This document shows, piece by piece, positions 23,018 to 33,005 of a stretch of 64,000 nt of DNA. Origin of the DNA: Eledone cirrhosa (lineage: Eukaryota); NCBI GenBank assembly GCA_964016885.1, contig OZ024742.1:74338001-74402000 (forward strand), written 5' to 3'. The notes beneath the pieces were generated by a model. It was not told the origin of the DNA, made no database searches, and saw only the letters and a list, made by a program, of their open reading frames with translations. Position 1 is the first letter of the stretch. The number at the start of each line of letters is the position of its first letter. Position numbers and translations under genes: made by a program.

Positions 23018-26000
23018 ACGTAAAGGAAAAAAAAACAAACAAAAAAACTAAGTCAGACATTCAAACATTACAATGAAACTTATGTTTAGCTTTTTAAGTT
23101 TTTATCTATTTATTTGTTTATTTATTTATGTTCGTCTACAGCGTGATAGTGCCACGCTAAAATCACCGGGGGTGATCAAATCACTGGAGGTGATGAAGTC
23201 ACCGGTGGTTATGTAACCATACATTTACCAATCCTCGATATGACTTTAAATGTCGAACCTAAACAGTTCGAATAACGGTGAAGAGGAGACTGGAACGTTA
23301 TGTGACAGACTCTCACCCAGCAGGTGCTCCCTGGCCCAGCAGCAGGGACGTGGCTGTCATCCGAATACTGCTGGTGTTGGAGGAAGAAGAAGAAGGAAAG
23401 GGACCAGAACCAACTGGACGAAAGAATTGAATAGAACTGTTATGCAATGTTACCTGAAGAGTAACCCCAAGGAAAAAGGCTATAGGAAACGGATGCATAA
23501 CATCTGGAACGAGATTGGTATATTTAAATTAGATGAACAAAAATTGGCCGGGCAGGCTCGGGTAATAAGAACTAATGGATGGATAAGCGAGCTGGAACTG
23601 GAGGAACTGAGCAGAGAGATTAGGTTGGAAATGGAGAGTGGAGTATGCCAGGCAAACGAGCCAGTGGGAAATGAAGGTGAAGAGGTTGAGAGAACGGAGG
23701 AAGCATCCGAAGTAGACAATGATCTGAATGCTTAAATAAATAATACCTGGAACAAAGAGACGGCCATTGAGGAAATGAATGCTGACGGGCTAGGACAAGA
23801 TTTGGTTGATATCCTAAACTTAGTGGTAGATGAAATGAACATTGATATAGGGAAACCTATGAACCTAAGATTTGTAGACAGGAAAAAGTTAAAAGAAACA
23901 ACAGCTAAGGTAAACAAAGTCATCCCATACCTTGAGGCGAGGGACCTTCACCAGTGCAACAATATCCTCAAAGCAACAGCAAATGCGGTGAGGAAATTAC
24001 TTGGCATAAAAGCGAGAGGAAACAACAAACAAGAAATATCAGAACCTTGGTGGAAGAAACGATAGAATGGTCGAATCAGGGAAATGAGAAATGACATTGG
24101 AAAGCTTGAGTCCCTACTGAATGAAACACTACAAAACATAGACACTAAAAATAGACTGGAAATAGAGTACAAAACTAGGAGGAAAAAGCTAAATATTATC
24201 ATAGAGGAACTGAAGCAAAGAGTGCAAAGATTAGGCAATATGAGAGCAGAGTCAGTCAGTATAGCCAGAACCGCATGTTTGACAACAACTAGAAGATGTT
24301 GTTTGGACAGCTTGAAGGGAAAGAAAGAGGCAACGACATGATCCCTGAGGCGGAACAGTATAAGACATTCTGGAGAGGAATATGGGAGCAGGATGTTAAA
24401 CATAATGATCAGGTAGTGTGGATTGAGACAGTACAAAAGGAGATTAGTGAACAGGCACACCAACAAACTGATTTGAGTATCACAGTTTAAACTTTTAAGG
24501 GGCAGACCAAAAAACTAACCAACTGGAAATCATCAGGCCCAGATGGTGTGCAGGGGTATTGGATTAAAAATATAACATCCCTCCACCCGAAACTGACAAC
24601 CATGTTCAATGACTGCTTGATGTCAGGTGAGGTACCAGAGTGGTTGACAAAAGGTACCACAGTTCTGGTAATGAAAGACCAAATCAAGGGTAATGATGTT
24701 ACCAACTATAGACCTATCACATGTCCGTCCGTAATGTGGAAACTGTTAACAAGCATTGGTCTGAGGAAATATATCATCACCTCCACATAAACAACTTGTT
24801 ACCGGACGAACAGAAAGGATGCCGAAAGAAGTCAAGTGGTACAAAGGACCAGTTACTTATTGATAAGATGGTAATGAGGAATTGCAAGAGGAGACACACT
24901 GGTCTTGCCATGGGATGGATAGACTATAAAAAGGCATTCGACATGGTACCTCATTCTTGGATAACCAAAAGCTTAGAGATCTTCAAGGTGGCAGATAACA
25001 TCAGACAGTTGTTGAGCAAAAGTATGAAGTCCTGGAAAACAGAGTTAACATCGGGTGGAGAATCCTTGGGAGGCGTGAAGATCAAGAGAGGTATCTTCCA
25101 GGGAGATAGTTTGTTCCCTCTGTTGTTTGTCCTTGCCCTGATACCCCTGACCATTATACTGCGAAAAGTGAGAGCAGGATTCAAGTTGGGAAAAGGAGAG
25201 CTTACCATCAATCACCTGCTCTTCATGGACGATGTTAAGATGAGAAGGAGTTGGATGTGCTTGTTGAAACTGTCCGTATTTTCAGCAATGATATATGTAT
25301 GCAATTTGGTATTAGTAAGTGTTGAGTCCTAGTGATGAAGAGGGGTAAATTGAGTAGAAGCAAAGGAATCCAGGTACCAATAAGTGAGATGATAAAGGAA
25401 ATTGACACTGAAGAAGGATACAAATATTTAAGTGTTCTGGAGGCAGATGTCATCAAGAACAAAAAAATGAAGGAATTGATAAGATCTGAGTACATTCGGA
25501 GAGTAGGGAGCGTATTAAAATCACAGCTGAACAGTAGGAATTCCATAAGTGCAGTAAATTCCCGAGCTGTGTCTATTATTAGGTACAGTGCGGGAATTCT
25601 GAGATGGAATGTTGCTGAACAAAAAGAAATGGATAGGAAGACTAGGAAGCTATTGACTATCTACATGTTCCACAAGAGGAGTGTTGTCGATAGACTCTAC
25701 TTAAGGAGATCTGAAGGTGGAAGAGGTCTTATCAGCATAGAGGACTGTGTTCAGATGGAGGAAAACAACCTACACAAATACGTGACTGATAGTAGGGAGC
25801 CAATGCTCAGAATTGTACTGAAGGAGAGGACAATAGACCAGGGGATGTCCAAGGAGGAAATAACAACAAGGAGGAAGAGCAACCTTCACAGTACATTCTT
25901 TGAGAAAACTGAATTTAGAGATCCACAGACATGGAACTGGTTGAAAAGAGGAGACCTTAAAAAGGCTACAGAAGGAATGCTAATGGCTGCGCAAGAGCAG

Positions 26001-26706
26001 GCCCTCAAAACGAAGTGGGTAAAACACCATATTTACAAGGAGGAGGCTAGCCCACTGTGTAGGGTCTGTGGAGAGAGAGAGGTGACTGGGGCTCACATTG
26101 TATCCGAGTGTAAACACCTGGCCCAGACTCACTATAAAGGCCGGAGACATGATGTGATGGGCAGGGTGATCCACTGGCACCTATGCAAAGTGAACAATTT
26201 ACCACATTCTGAGAAGTGTTATGAGCATTAGCCAGAGTCGGTGATAGAAAACGATTAGGGGAAGGTGCTGTGGGATTTTAGGATACAGACTGACAAGAAA
26301 CTGGAACACAATAGACCTGACCTGGTGGTTTTGGACAAGAAAAAAAAGATCGTGCCTGATTGTAGATGTAGCCTACATTCGACACGAGAGTGCAAGAGAA
26401 GGAGAGGGAGAAAATTAACCGATACCAAGACTTAAAGTGGGAGGTAAAAAGGATTTGGAACTGCCATGAAGTCAAAGTGGTCCCGATTGTCATAGGCGCA
26501 CTAGGTACTATCTCAAAGAGTTTCCAAGAATGGTTAAAGAAAATTAGTGCAGCCCCGCTTTTTGGAACACTTCAAAAGGCATGCTTGCTGGGAACAGCAA
26601 GAACCCTTCGATACGTCCTGAATATCTGAGGCTGCAGGTAGTGGCTTGATATTCATTTCAACAAACTTTCCAGTTAAATAACATCAATGACTGATACTCA
26701 AAGAAC
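23018..26706 (+). mobile_element. Dong-1: decayed R4/Dong-like RLE non-LTR retrotransposon (diverged subfamily)
   Basis: ORF pieces 23250-26629 collinear with intact 49973-53365 (RT FQGDS/FMDD, CCHC, RHD, RPD..EK nuclease); ends in (AAT)n. Confidence 0.9.
23073..23216 (+). CDS. Candidate 47-aa hydrophobic upstream ORF of Dong-1
   Basis: Hand translation MKLMFSFLSFYLFICLFIYVRLQRDSATLKSPGVIKSLEVMKSPVVM*; homologous to 37787-37921 and 49770-49904. Confidence 0.45.
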   Translation: MKLMFSFLSFYLFICLFIYVRLQRDSATLKSPGVIKSLEVMKSPVVM

Positions 26707-26723
26707 AATAATAATAATAATAA

Positions 26724-26908
26724 TTGTTTCTACTTTAGGCACAAGGCCAGCAATTATCCAGTGCATTACTGGTACTTTATTTTATCGATCCCGTAAGGAT
26801 GAAAGGCAAAGTCAACCTCGGCGGGATTTGAACTCAGATCGTAAAGGGACGTAACTATGCTGGAAAGCATGGCGTCCGACCCTCTACGATACTGCCAATC
26901 CACCGCCC

Positions 26909-26909
<1 letters not shown>
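26724..26909 (-). mobile_element. tRNA-derived SINE, complete, between two (AAT)n tracts
   Basis: About 7 differences from 22843-23017 over ~175 bp; A and B boxes. Confidence 0.88.
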
Positions 26910-26953
<44 letters not shown>

Positions 26954-27217
26954 TGATTTCTTTATTAACCACAAGGGTTTACATAAAGTAGACATTAAGG
27001 ACAGTGCAGGACAATGCAGGACGGTACAAATGGGCATTTCTGCGTGTAAAAAAAACAAAAACAGAGGATGTAACAAAAATAACAATGAAAATAACAATGA
27101 AAAATTCCCCAATAGGGGGGAGACTTCGGAGGGACATTTGTGGAGAAAGCCCAGTAAAAAGCCACAATGACCCTGACCACCAAGGCAAGTGCCCTCTCCC
27201 AGTTTTCCACCTTTAGT

Positions 27218-30200
27218 TTACAGATATATACTCAGAGTCGGCCCATTCACTCGGGCCATTCTTGCTTCTCTCACCCATCTTTCAACAAAATGCTGGGAAG
27301 AGAGCACTTCCTTCTCTACTCTGATTTTCCTTTTCAAATGAAATTTGAAAAAGTCAATCAGAGCATCACCGAAGAGGTAAGTGCTCGTCTTCAGCCCTTT
27401 CAAACGTGTCCACCATACTATCTCTTTCGCCATGGCCACCAGACAGATAAAAACTGCCTGCCCTTCCCGGCTAAAGGAGGAGGGCGGGGCAATCCTCACG
27501 ATAGACTCAGATGATAGCTGGATCCGTCCTAAACGCGACAGCAGGTGTTCGACATAAACCCACAAGTCAGCAATTTTCGGACACTGGACGAGTGCGTGCA
27601 GGACGGTTTCGTCGCCCTGCGCGCATCTCGGACATGCCCGGCTGACGGCACCTCCATGCCTGTAGAGTTTATCCCGAACTGGCAAGGCTCCTCGGTAGCA
27701 CTGCCAGGCCAGAGATTTCTGGAAGTTGTCCATAGGCCCCGGCCCGAAAGTTCTTCCGAAGAGATTGGCTAGTTGATTTTCGTCGACGCCTAGAGTTTCC
27801 CCAAGTACGTCGTCGCTCTTCCCCTCCACTAATCCTCTATAGAACGCCGAGGTGGAGTTTCCACCGATCACATTGCCCGATTGGTCGAGGGCTGTGAGCG
27901 CCTGAAGACATTCCAGTCTCCAGGCGCTCCCTCTCGGTCTTCGCTTGACCCAGGACTGCAGCTCCGTCAAGGAAACGAGTTGGGGAAAAACGCGTCTAGC
28001 AAACGGCGACCACACCTGATCACCGTCGAGGAAGAGGTGGAGATGTCGTAGCCTGAGCGCGTGCCTGCGCATCATCAGCCACGGCATGCCCAGCCCTCCA
28101 CGTAGCGGGTGTTGACAACAGATGGACCGCCTGACCATCGGAGCACGTCCCTTCCACAAAAAGCGAAAGAGCAAACGCTCCAGCGCAGTCAGGCGAGGCT
28201 TAGGACAAGGTACGACGGTTAGGCGGTAGCAGATGACAGACGCGATGTACGCGTTAGCCACCTCCGCTCGACCTTTCAGGGATAGCTTCCTCTCCGCCCA
28301 TTTCTGGGTGAGAGAAGCCACCCTGCTCGTCACCTCGTCCCAGTTTTTGTCCATCTGGAGGTCCGGACCGAACCAGACCCCTAGCAATTTAACCGGTCCG
28401 TCCGTCCAGCGCCCGACGACGCTGTTGGACGGCATGGACCTGCCTCTCCAGGTGCCGAGCTGCAGGCCCACTGACTTTTCCTGGTTGATCATTGCTCCTG
28501 TCACCGCTTCGTATTCTCTTAGTGTAGTGCCGATCGCCTCGATGTGTTTGGCGTTCGACACCACTACGGTGACATCGTCCGCATATGCTGACACGGATCT
28601 TCCGCATCCTAGTTCGCGCGGGACTCCCCTCAACGTCTCCAGTTTGTGCAGTAATGGCTCGAGAGTCAATACGTACAAGAGGGACGAGAGGGGACATCCT
28701 TGGCGGACCGAGCGCATGATGTTGAACGGTTCCGACAGGTGACCGTTCACTCTCACCACAGAGCAGATGTCGCTGTGCATGGCAGCGATCCAGCCTCTGA
28801 AGACGGGCCCAAAGCCAGCCGCCCTCAGGACTGCCGCTAGGTAACGATGGTCGACCCTATCGAAAGCTTTCGACTGATCTAAATTGATCAAGGACCCACC
28901 CGTGCCAGGTTCCCTAGCTACCCTCTCTACGATGTATCGCATGAGGTGGAGGTTGTCGTGGATGGATCTGTCGGGAATGGCGCATGTCTGCGCCTCTCCC
29001 ACCAGACCACCAACGACAAGCGCCAACCTCTTTGCTAGCACCTTGGCCAAAATCTTAAACTCTGTGTTTAGCAGAGTTATGGGCCGGAAATTGTCTATGT
29101 TATCCCCCTTGTTCGGATCCTTTCTCAGCAGTGCCACCGCTCCTCGGCTCACAGAACTGGGAATTCTCCCGTTCTGTTGCCAGTTGCAGTAGACGTCCGC
29201 CAAGAGGCCTCCGAACAAGTCTGGCATCTGTACGTAAAGTTCATAGGGCAGACCATCCAAACCAGGCGATTTACCCCTTGTGCAGCCAGTCATTGCCTCC
29301 CGTACTTCAGCGGCTGTTATCGGCTTTTCGCAACACTTCGCCTCAGTGGCCGAGAGCCGCGGCAGTCCGTCGAGGTAGACACTAAAGTCCATCCCTCTAC
29401 CCGGCCCCCCGCTGCCCCCGAACAGCTGAGCGAAGTGTCGCTGAAAAGCTTCACACATTTGCCCGGGATCGAGTAGCATGCGCCCGTCGTGGTCCACCAA
29501 AGACCGGATCGTGGCTTTGTTGCCACGACGCGCCTCCGCCACTCGGGCCCATTGAACGGCTTTCGTCCCCTCGTGTCTGAGAGCACGCACCCTAGCTCTG
29601 ACAACGCAGCCTTCGTGCTTTGCATTGAAGAATTGGTCAAGGGCCAATTTCGCCGCAAGCACGTCGGTCGCAATGCCTTTGCTAAGCGCCTCGTCTAATT
29701 TTCTAACTAGTTCTCCCTCTGCTCTATTTTTCTCTATTGCTAAAGCCTTACTAAACCTAATCGATTCTATTCTAATCGCTCTTTTCAGAGCAAACCACCA
29801 CTTGTTGTTGACGATGGCCCCCGTCAACGCCCGCTTAACTAGTTCGCTAATCCGGTCTCTGTAGGCCTTGCGCGCTGGTAAGGACGCGTTTAGCTTCCAG
29901 TAGCCGGGTCCTCGTCTATGAAGCCTATCTAAGTCAAGCACACAGATCACGAATTTGTGGTCCGTGTAGCTGACTATCTTGAATTGTGGACAGCCTATGC
30001 TAGACCTATCTATTTCCCTACAAAATACTCTATCTAGATATGATTTGGATGACCCTATGCGGTTTGTCCAAGTCCACATTGGCACATTCGGGAAATCCAA
30101 TCGGTACCTGTCAGACAGTTCAAAACGCCTGAGCAGGTTGGTGAGGCTCTTGCACCCTCCACCCCTATCCGCTAATCCCACACAGTCCCAGCGTGCATCT

Positions 30201-30637
30201 AAGATCCCGTTCCAGTCGCCCACTAACACTAAAGAGCGGGACGTTCCAAGAAAGGTCTCCAGACGCCGGAAGAAATCAGGCCGCCCTGCTCCTGTCGGGG
30301 CATAGACGGCCACTAGCCTGAAAGCTTGCCCGTCTCCGCTGGTCACGTCCAGCACCACCAGCTTACCCTCTGGGTCCAGGAAGATGGCCCGTATGGCGAG
30401 ATCCAAACCTCTCCGAAAAAGCACAGCAACTCCTCCACCGGATCCAGGACGGCTGGGAGATGCGTACACATCGAAGCCGCCGAAGATCGGTGCGAAGGCC
30501 CGTGCTTCGGAGATTCTGGTCTCGCTGATGGCCACTACATCTATGTTTAGTGACCTGAGGTCGTTGAGCAGGTGACCCTGCTTCCATGACGACCCCAAGC
30601 CACGCGCATTTATGCTGCCTATTCTGAGTGAGGTCAT
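27218..30637 (-). CDS. Tx1-D ORF2: APE endonuclease, reverse transcriptase, C-terminal zinc motif
   Basis: 1139 aa; SINARGL, ISET, VYAP, GDWN, SYLDR, TDH (APE); KSPGLDGLP, KAFDRVDH, VRQGCPLS, AYADD; CPRC..ETVLHALVQC. Confidence 0.95.
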   Translation of the reverse strand: MTSLRIGSINARGLGSSWKQGHLLNDLRSLNIDVVAISETRISEARAFAPIFGGFDVYASPSRPGSGGGVAVLFRRGLDLAIRAIFLDPEGKLVVLDVTSGDGQAFRLVAVYAPTGAGRPDFFRRLETFLGTSRSLVLVGDWNGILDARWDCVGLADRGGGCKSLTNLLRRFELSDRYRLDFPNVPMWTWTNRIGSSKSYLDRVFCREIDRSSIGCPQFKIVSYTDHKFVICVLDLDRLHRRGPGYWKLNASLPARKAYRDRISELVKRALTGAIVNNKWWFALKRAIRIESIRFSKALAIEKNRAEGELVRKLDEALSKGIATDVLAAKLALDQFFNAKHEGCVVRARVRALRHEGTKAVQWARVAEARRGNKATIRSLVDHDGRMLLDPGQMCEAFQRHFAQLFGGSGGPGRGMDFSVYLDGLPRLSATEAKCCEKPITAAEVREAMTGCTRGKSPGLDGLPYELYVQMPDLFGGLLADVYCNWQQNGRIPSSVSRGAVALLRKDPNKGDNIDNFRPITLLNTEFKILAKVLAKRLALVVGGLVGEAQTCAIPDRSIHDNLHLMRYIVERVAREPGTGGSLINLDQSKAFDRVDHRYLAAVLRAAGFGPVFRGWIAAMHSDICSVVRVNGHLSEPFNIMRSVRQGCPLSSLLYVLTLEPLLHKLETLRGVPRELGCGRSVSAYADDVTVVVSNAKHIEAIGTTLREYEAVTGAMINQEKSVGLQLGTWRGRSMPSNSVVGRWTDGPVKLLGVWFGPDLQMDKNWDEVTSRVASLTQKWAERKLSLKGRAEVANAYIASVICYRLTVVPCPKPRLTALERLLFRFLWKGRAPMVRRSICCQHPLRGGLGMPWLMMRRHALRLRHLHLFLDGDQVWSPFARRVFPQLVSLTELQSWVKRRPRGSAWRLECLQALTALDQSGNVIGGNSTSAFYRGLVEGKSDDVLGETLGVDENQLANLFGRTFGPGPMDNFQKSLAWQCYRGALPVRDKLYRHGGAVSRACPRCAQGDETVLHALVQCPKIADLWVYVEHLLSRLGRIQLSSESIVRIAPPSSFSREGQAVFICLVAMAKEIVWWTRLKGLKTSTYLFGDALIDFFKFHLKRKIRVEKEVLSSQHFVERWVREARMARVNGPTLSIYL

Positions 30638-30672
30638 GTTTAAAATAGAGTGGAAAAGATGGGAAAGACCAC

Positions 30673-32802
30673 TTACCGTACTTTTGGTAGAGGAGGGATG
30701 GTTTTTACATCCCTTTTCACTTGATCGTCTGGTGAAGGGACCGTTGAATCGTCCCTTCGGCTGGTCGTCGGCTCTTCTAAGAGAATGTCTGAGTATACTC
30801 TTCGATTGATGGTTCCTCCTAGGTCCCTGAAATCACCAACTGCGTTGGGGAATTTCGTTTTAATATTTGTGTATTGTTTCTGTGCTATTTTTAGCAGTCT
30901 TATGTTAGTTGGCGTTTTGATTGGTGCTGGTATTATGTAGTCCTGTTGTGAAATGTCTGTGTGTTCAATTATGTAAGTCATTAGTTTCTTGTTGTGTGTA
31001 TTTATTGCCGTGCATTTGTTTTTCTGGGGGTGGGGTGTGGTTCTGCTATTTTCTTGTCGTTGTTGCTGGGTGTGTGTGTTTTGTTGTTGTGTTTGCGATG
31101 TTGGTGCTTGTGGTGGTGGTGTTGAAGGTGTTGTTGGCGGTGGGGTTGTCGCCGGTGGTGATGGTGGCGCTAGTGTGGGTGGTGATGGTGTTGGTGTTGT
31201 TGCTGCTGTGGGTCTCTTTGCAGTAGACTTTACCCTTTTCTCATTTCTTTCCTCACTTTTCAAAGGCGACGATGCGCTGCTTCTGCGTTTGTGCCTTCTT
31301 ACGACCTTTTGCCATCTCTCTCCCACCTCACACTCCATGTCTGATTCTGTGAGGTCGGGGAGGGGTACCAACTCCACTCTTTCACTTGTTGTTGTTGGTG
31401 ATGTTTGCACTGGAGTCTCTGTTGCAGCTGCATTTGGTATTGCTGTTGTTGTTGTTAGTATTTCCACTGCTGCTGCTGTTTTTGATTTCCGTGGAGTGGG
31501 TATGGGTGCCACGGGCCTATCGTTCCTGGTTGCCGCTTGTCCTGTTGCTGGTAGCCGTGGAGCCGGATTCGGAAGGAGGGGGGTTTTCTCCTTTCTCAGG
31601 GTCTTCTCGTTGCAGAAGGCCCTGAGGTGAGTCTTCGATCCACAGCGAAAGCATTTCGGGCGTTTGCCCTCAACACTTATGGGCAGTTGAGTGCCGTTAT
31701 CGAAGTCTATCACATCCGGGATAGCTTCGATGCACTCCTGGTTGGTTTGGATTAGCATCTCAATGGAGGAGCCGACCCAATCTTCTCTTACTTTTTTCTG
31801 TACTTGCAGTACAGTTGTTTTGTCCTCGATTCCGACGAGGACAGACGCGGCCAGCCAAGAAGGGGTCATTCCGGGGGGGACGTGGGTCAGTTTGACCCTC
31901 ACAATTTTTTGCCCACAGTAGGAGGGCACCAACACCATTTCCTCGCTCCTTAGGGTCACTACTGATTGGGCCTTTGCCTCCTGGGGTGTGGCAAAAAGTA
32001 CGTCTACGGTGGCATATTTTTTGCCTCGGGTGATGTGCGTTTTCCGCTGCCACACAGACCCCAAGGCTTTTTGTATTTGGGCCTCTGTGGCTCTTTCCAC
32101 CCTACGGGATTTTGTACTTACTGTACGGTACGTGACCGTACAGTGCTCTTGGGTTTCGAAAAAATTTTTCGCTGCCTTGCAGATTGCTCGGTGTCCGTTC
32201 TTTGTCACCATCTTCTTCGCTTCCTCTAATTCCTCATTTGTTATGAGGATTGTTTCCAAATTTTTCGCAATACCTGCAAATGAGATTGGTTTTTCTCTGC
32301 TGTTGTTGTTGTCGTCAGAGCTGCTGGTACTTTTGTTGTTGCTGCAGGTACTACGACTACTGCCTCCGCCGCTGTTGCTGTGGTTGTTGTTGGTGTTGCT
32401 GCTGCTAATGCTGTTGTTGTTTATGCTGCTGGTGATGCTGTTGCGGCTGCTACTGTTGTTTTCATTGTCACTGTTGCTGTTGTTATTACGGCTGCTACTG
32501 CTATTATTCCTGACGTCAGACGAATGAACTGGGTTTTCGTATTTCCCGCACACCTGTTTCGTCGCTGTCGTCGTCGTCGTGGAGAAACCTTGCACGCTTT
32601 GCACGAGACTTTTCTTTTCTTTCGTCACTTGCGAAAGAGAAGGGAGGGAGAGAGACACATTTAAAGAAGGGAGGGAGAGAGACAATCTTCTCTCTGCTGT
32701 AGTGATGATTGAGGAAGAAGAAGACGGAATGAGTGGGAGTGACGTATGAAATTTCTTTTTGGTAGCCATGTTTTTTTGTTTAAAATGAAATTTTGGGTAC
32801 AA
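30673..32802 (-). CDS. Tx1-D ORF1: nucleic-acid-binding protein with CCHC knuckle and low-complexity N/S and P/T regions
   Basis: 709-aa ORF; EGKRPKCFRCGSKTHLRAFC; true start may be the second Met (MATKKKF). Confidence 0.9.
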   Translation of the reverse strand: MYPKFHFKQKNMATKKKFHTSLPLIPSSSSSIITTAERRLSLSLPSLNVSLSLPSLSQVTKEKKSLVQSVQGFSTTTTTATKQVCGKYENPVHSSDVRNNSSSSRNNNSNSDNENNSSSRNSITSSINNNSISSSNTNNNHSNSGGGSSRSTCSNNKSTSSSDDNNNSREKPISFAGIAKNLETILITNEELEEAKKMVTKNGHRAICKAAKNFFETQEHCTVTYRTVSTKSRRVERATEAQIQKALGSVWQRKTHITRGKKYATVDVLFATPQEAKAQSVVTLRSEEMVLVPSYCGQKIVRVKLTHVPPGMTPSWLAASVLVGIEDKTTVLQVQKKVREDWVGSSIEMLIQTNQECIEAIPDVIDFDNGTQLPISVEGKRPKCFRCGSKTHLRAFCNEKTLRKEKTPLLPNPAPRLPATGQAATRNDRPVAPIPTPRKSKTAAAVEILTTTTAIPNAAATETPVQTSPTTTSERVELVPLPDLTESDMECEVGERWQKVVRRHKRRSSASSPLKSEERNEKRVKSTAKRPTAATTPTPSPPTLAPPSPPATTPPPTTPSTPPPQAPTSQTQQQNTHTQQQRQENSRTTPHPQKNKCTAINTHNKKLMTYIIEHTDISQQDYIIPAPIKTPTNIRLLKIAQKQYTNIKTKFPNAVGDFRDLGGTINRRVYSDILLEEPTTSRRDDSTVPSPDDQVKRDVKTIPPLPKVR

Positions 32803-33005
32803 AACCCCAATAACTGGTTATTTAACCCCGAAGGGCCAAATAACGGACAGAAAGACCCCTCTCACGAGGAGGAGGGTGTCTTTATCAACAATTTGGTTCA
32901 AGTTTTAAACAATTTACAATTGTTTTAACGGTTAAAAATTACTATACCTTACAGAGCCGAGCCTCCGTCAACCATGGCATTCAATAATAATAATAATAAT
33001 GATGA

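Larger units (their letters stand above)
26957..32982 (-). mobile_element. Tx1-D: full-length, intact L1/Tx1-clade LINE in (AAT)n
   Basis: Two open ORFs, 5' and 3' UTRs, AATAAA at the 3' terminus, (AAT)n on both sides. Confidence 0.95.

Noticed and set aside
30921-32664. Hydrophobic plus-strand ORFs antisense to Tx1 ORF1 (also 46677-47267, 7811-8201, 13168-14018)
   Set aside because: By-products of AC-rich low-complexity ORF1 sequence; not conserved between copies.
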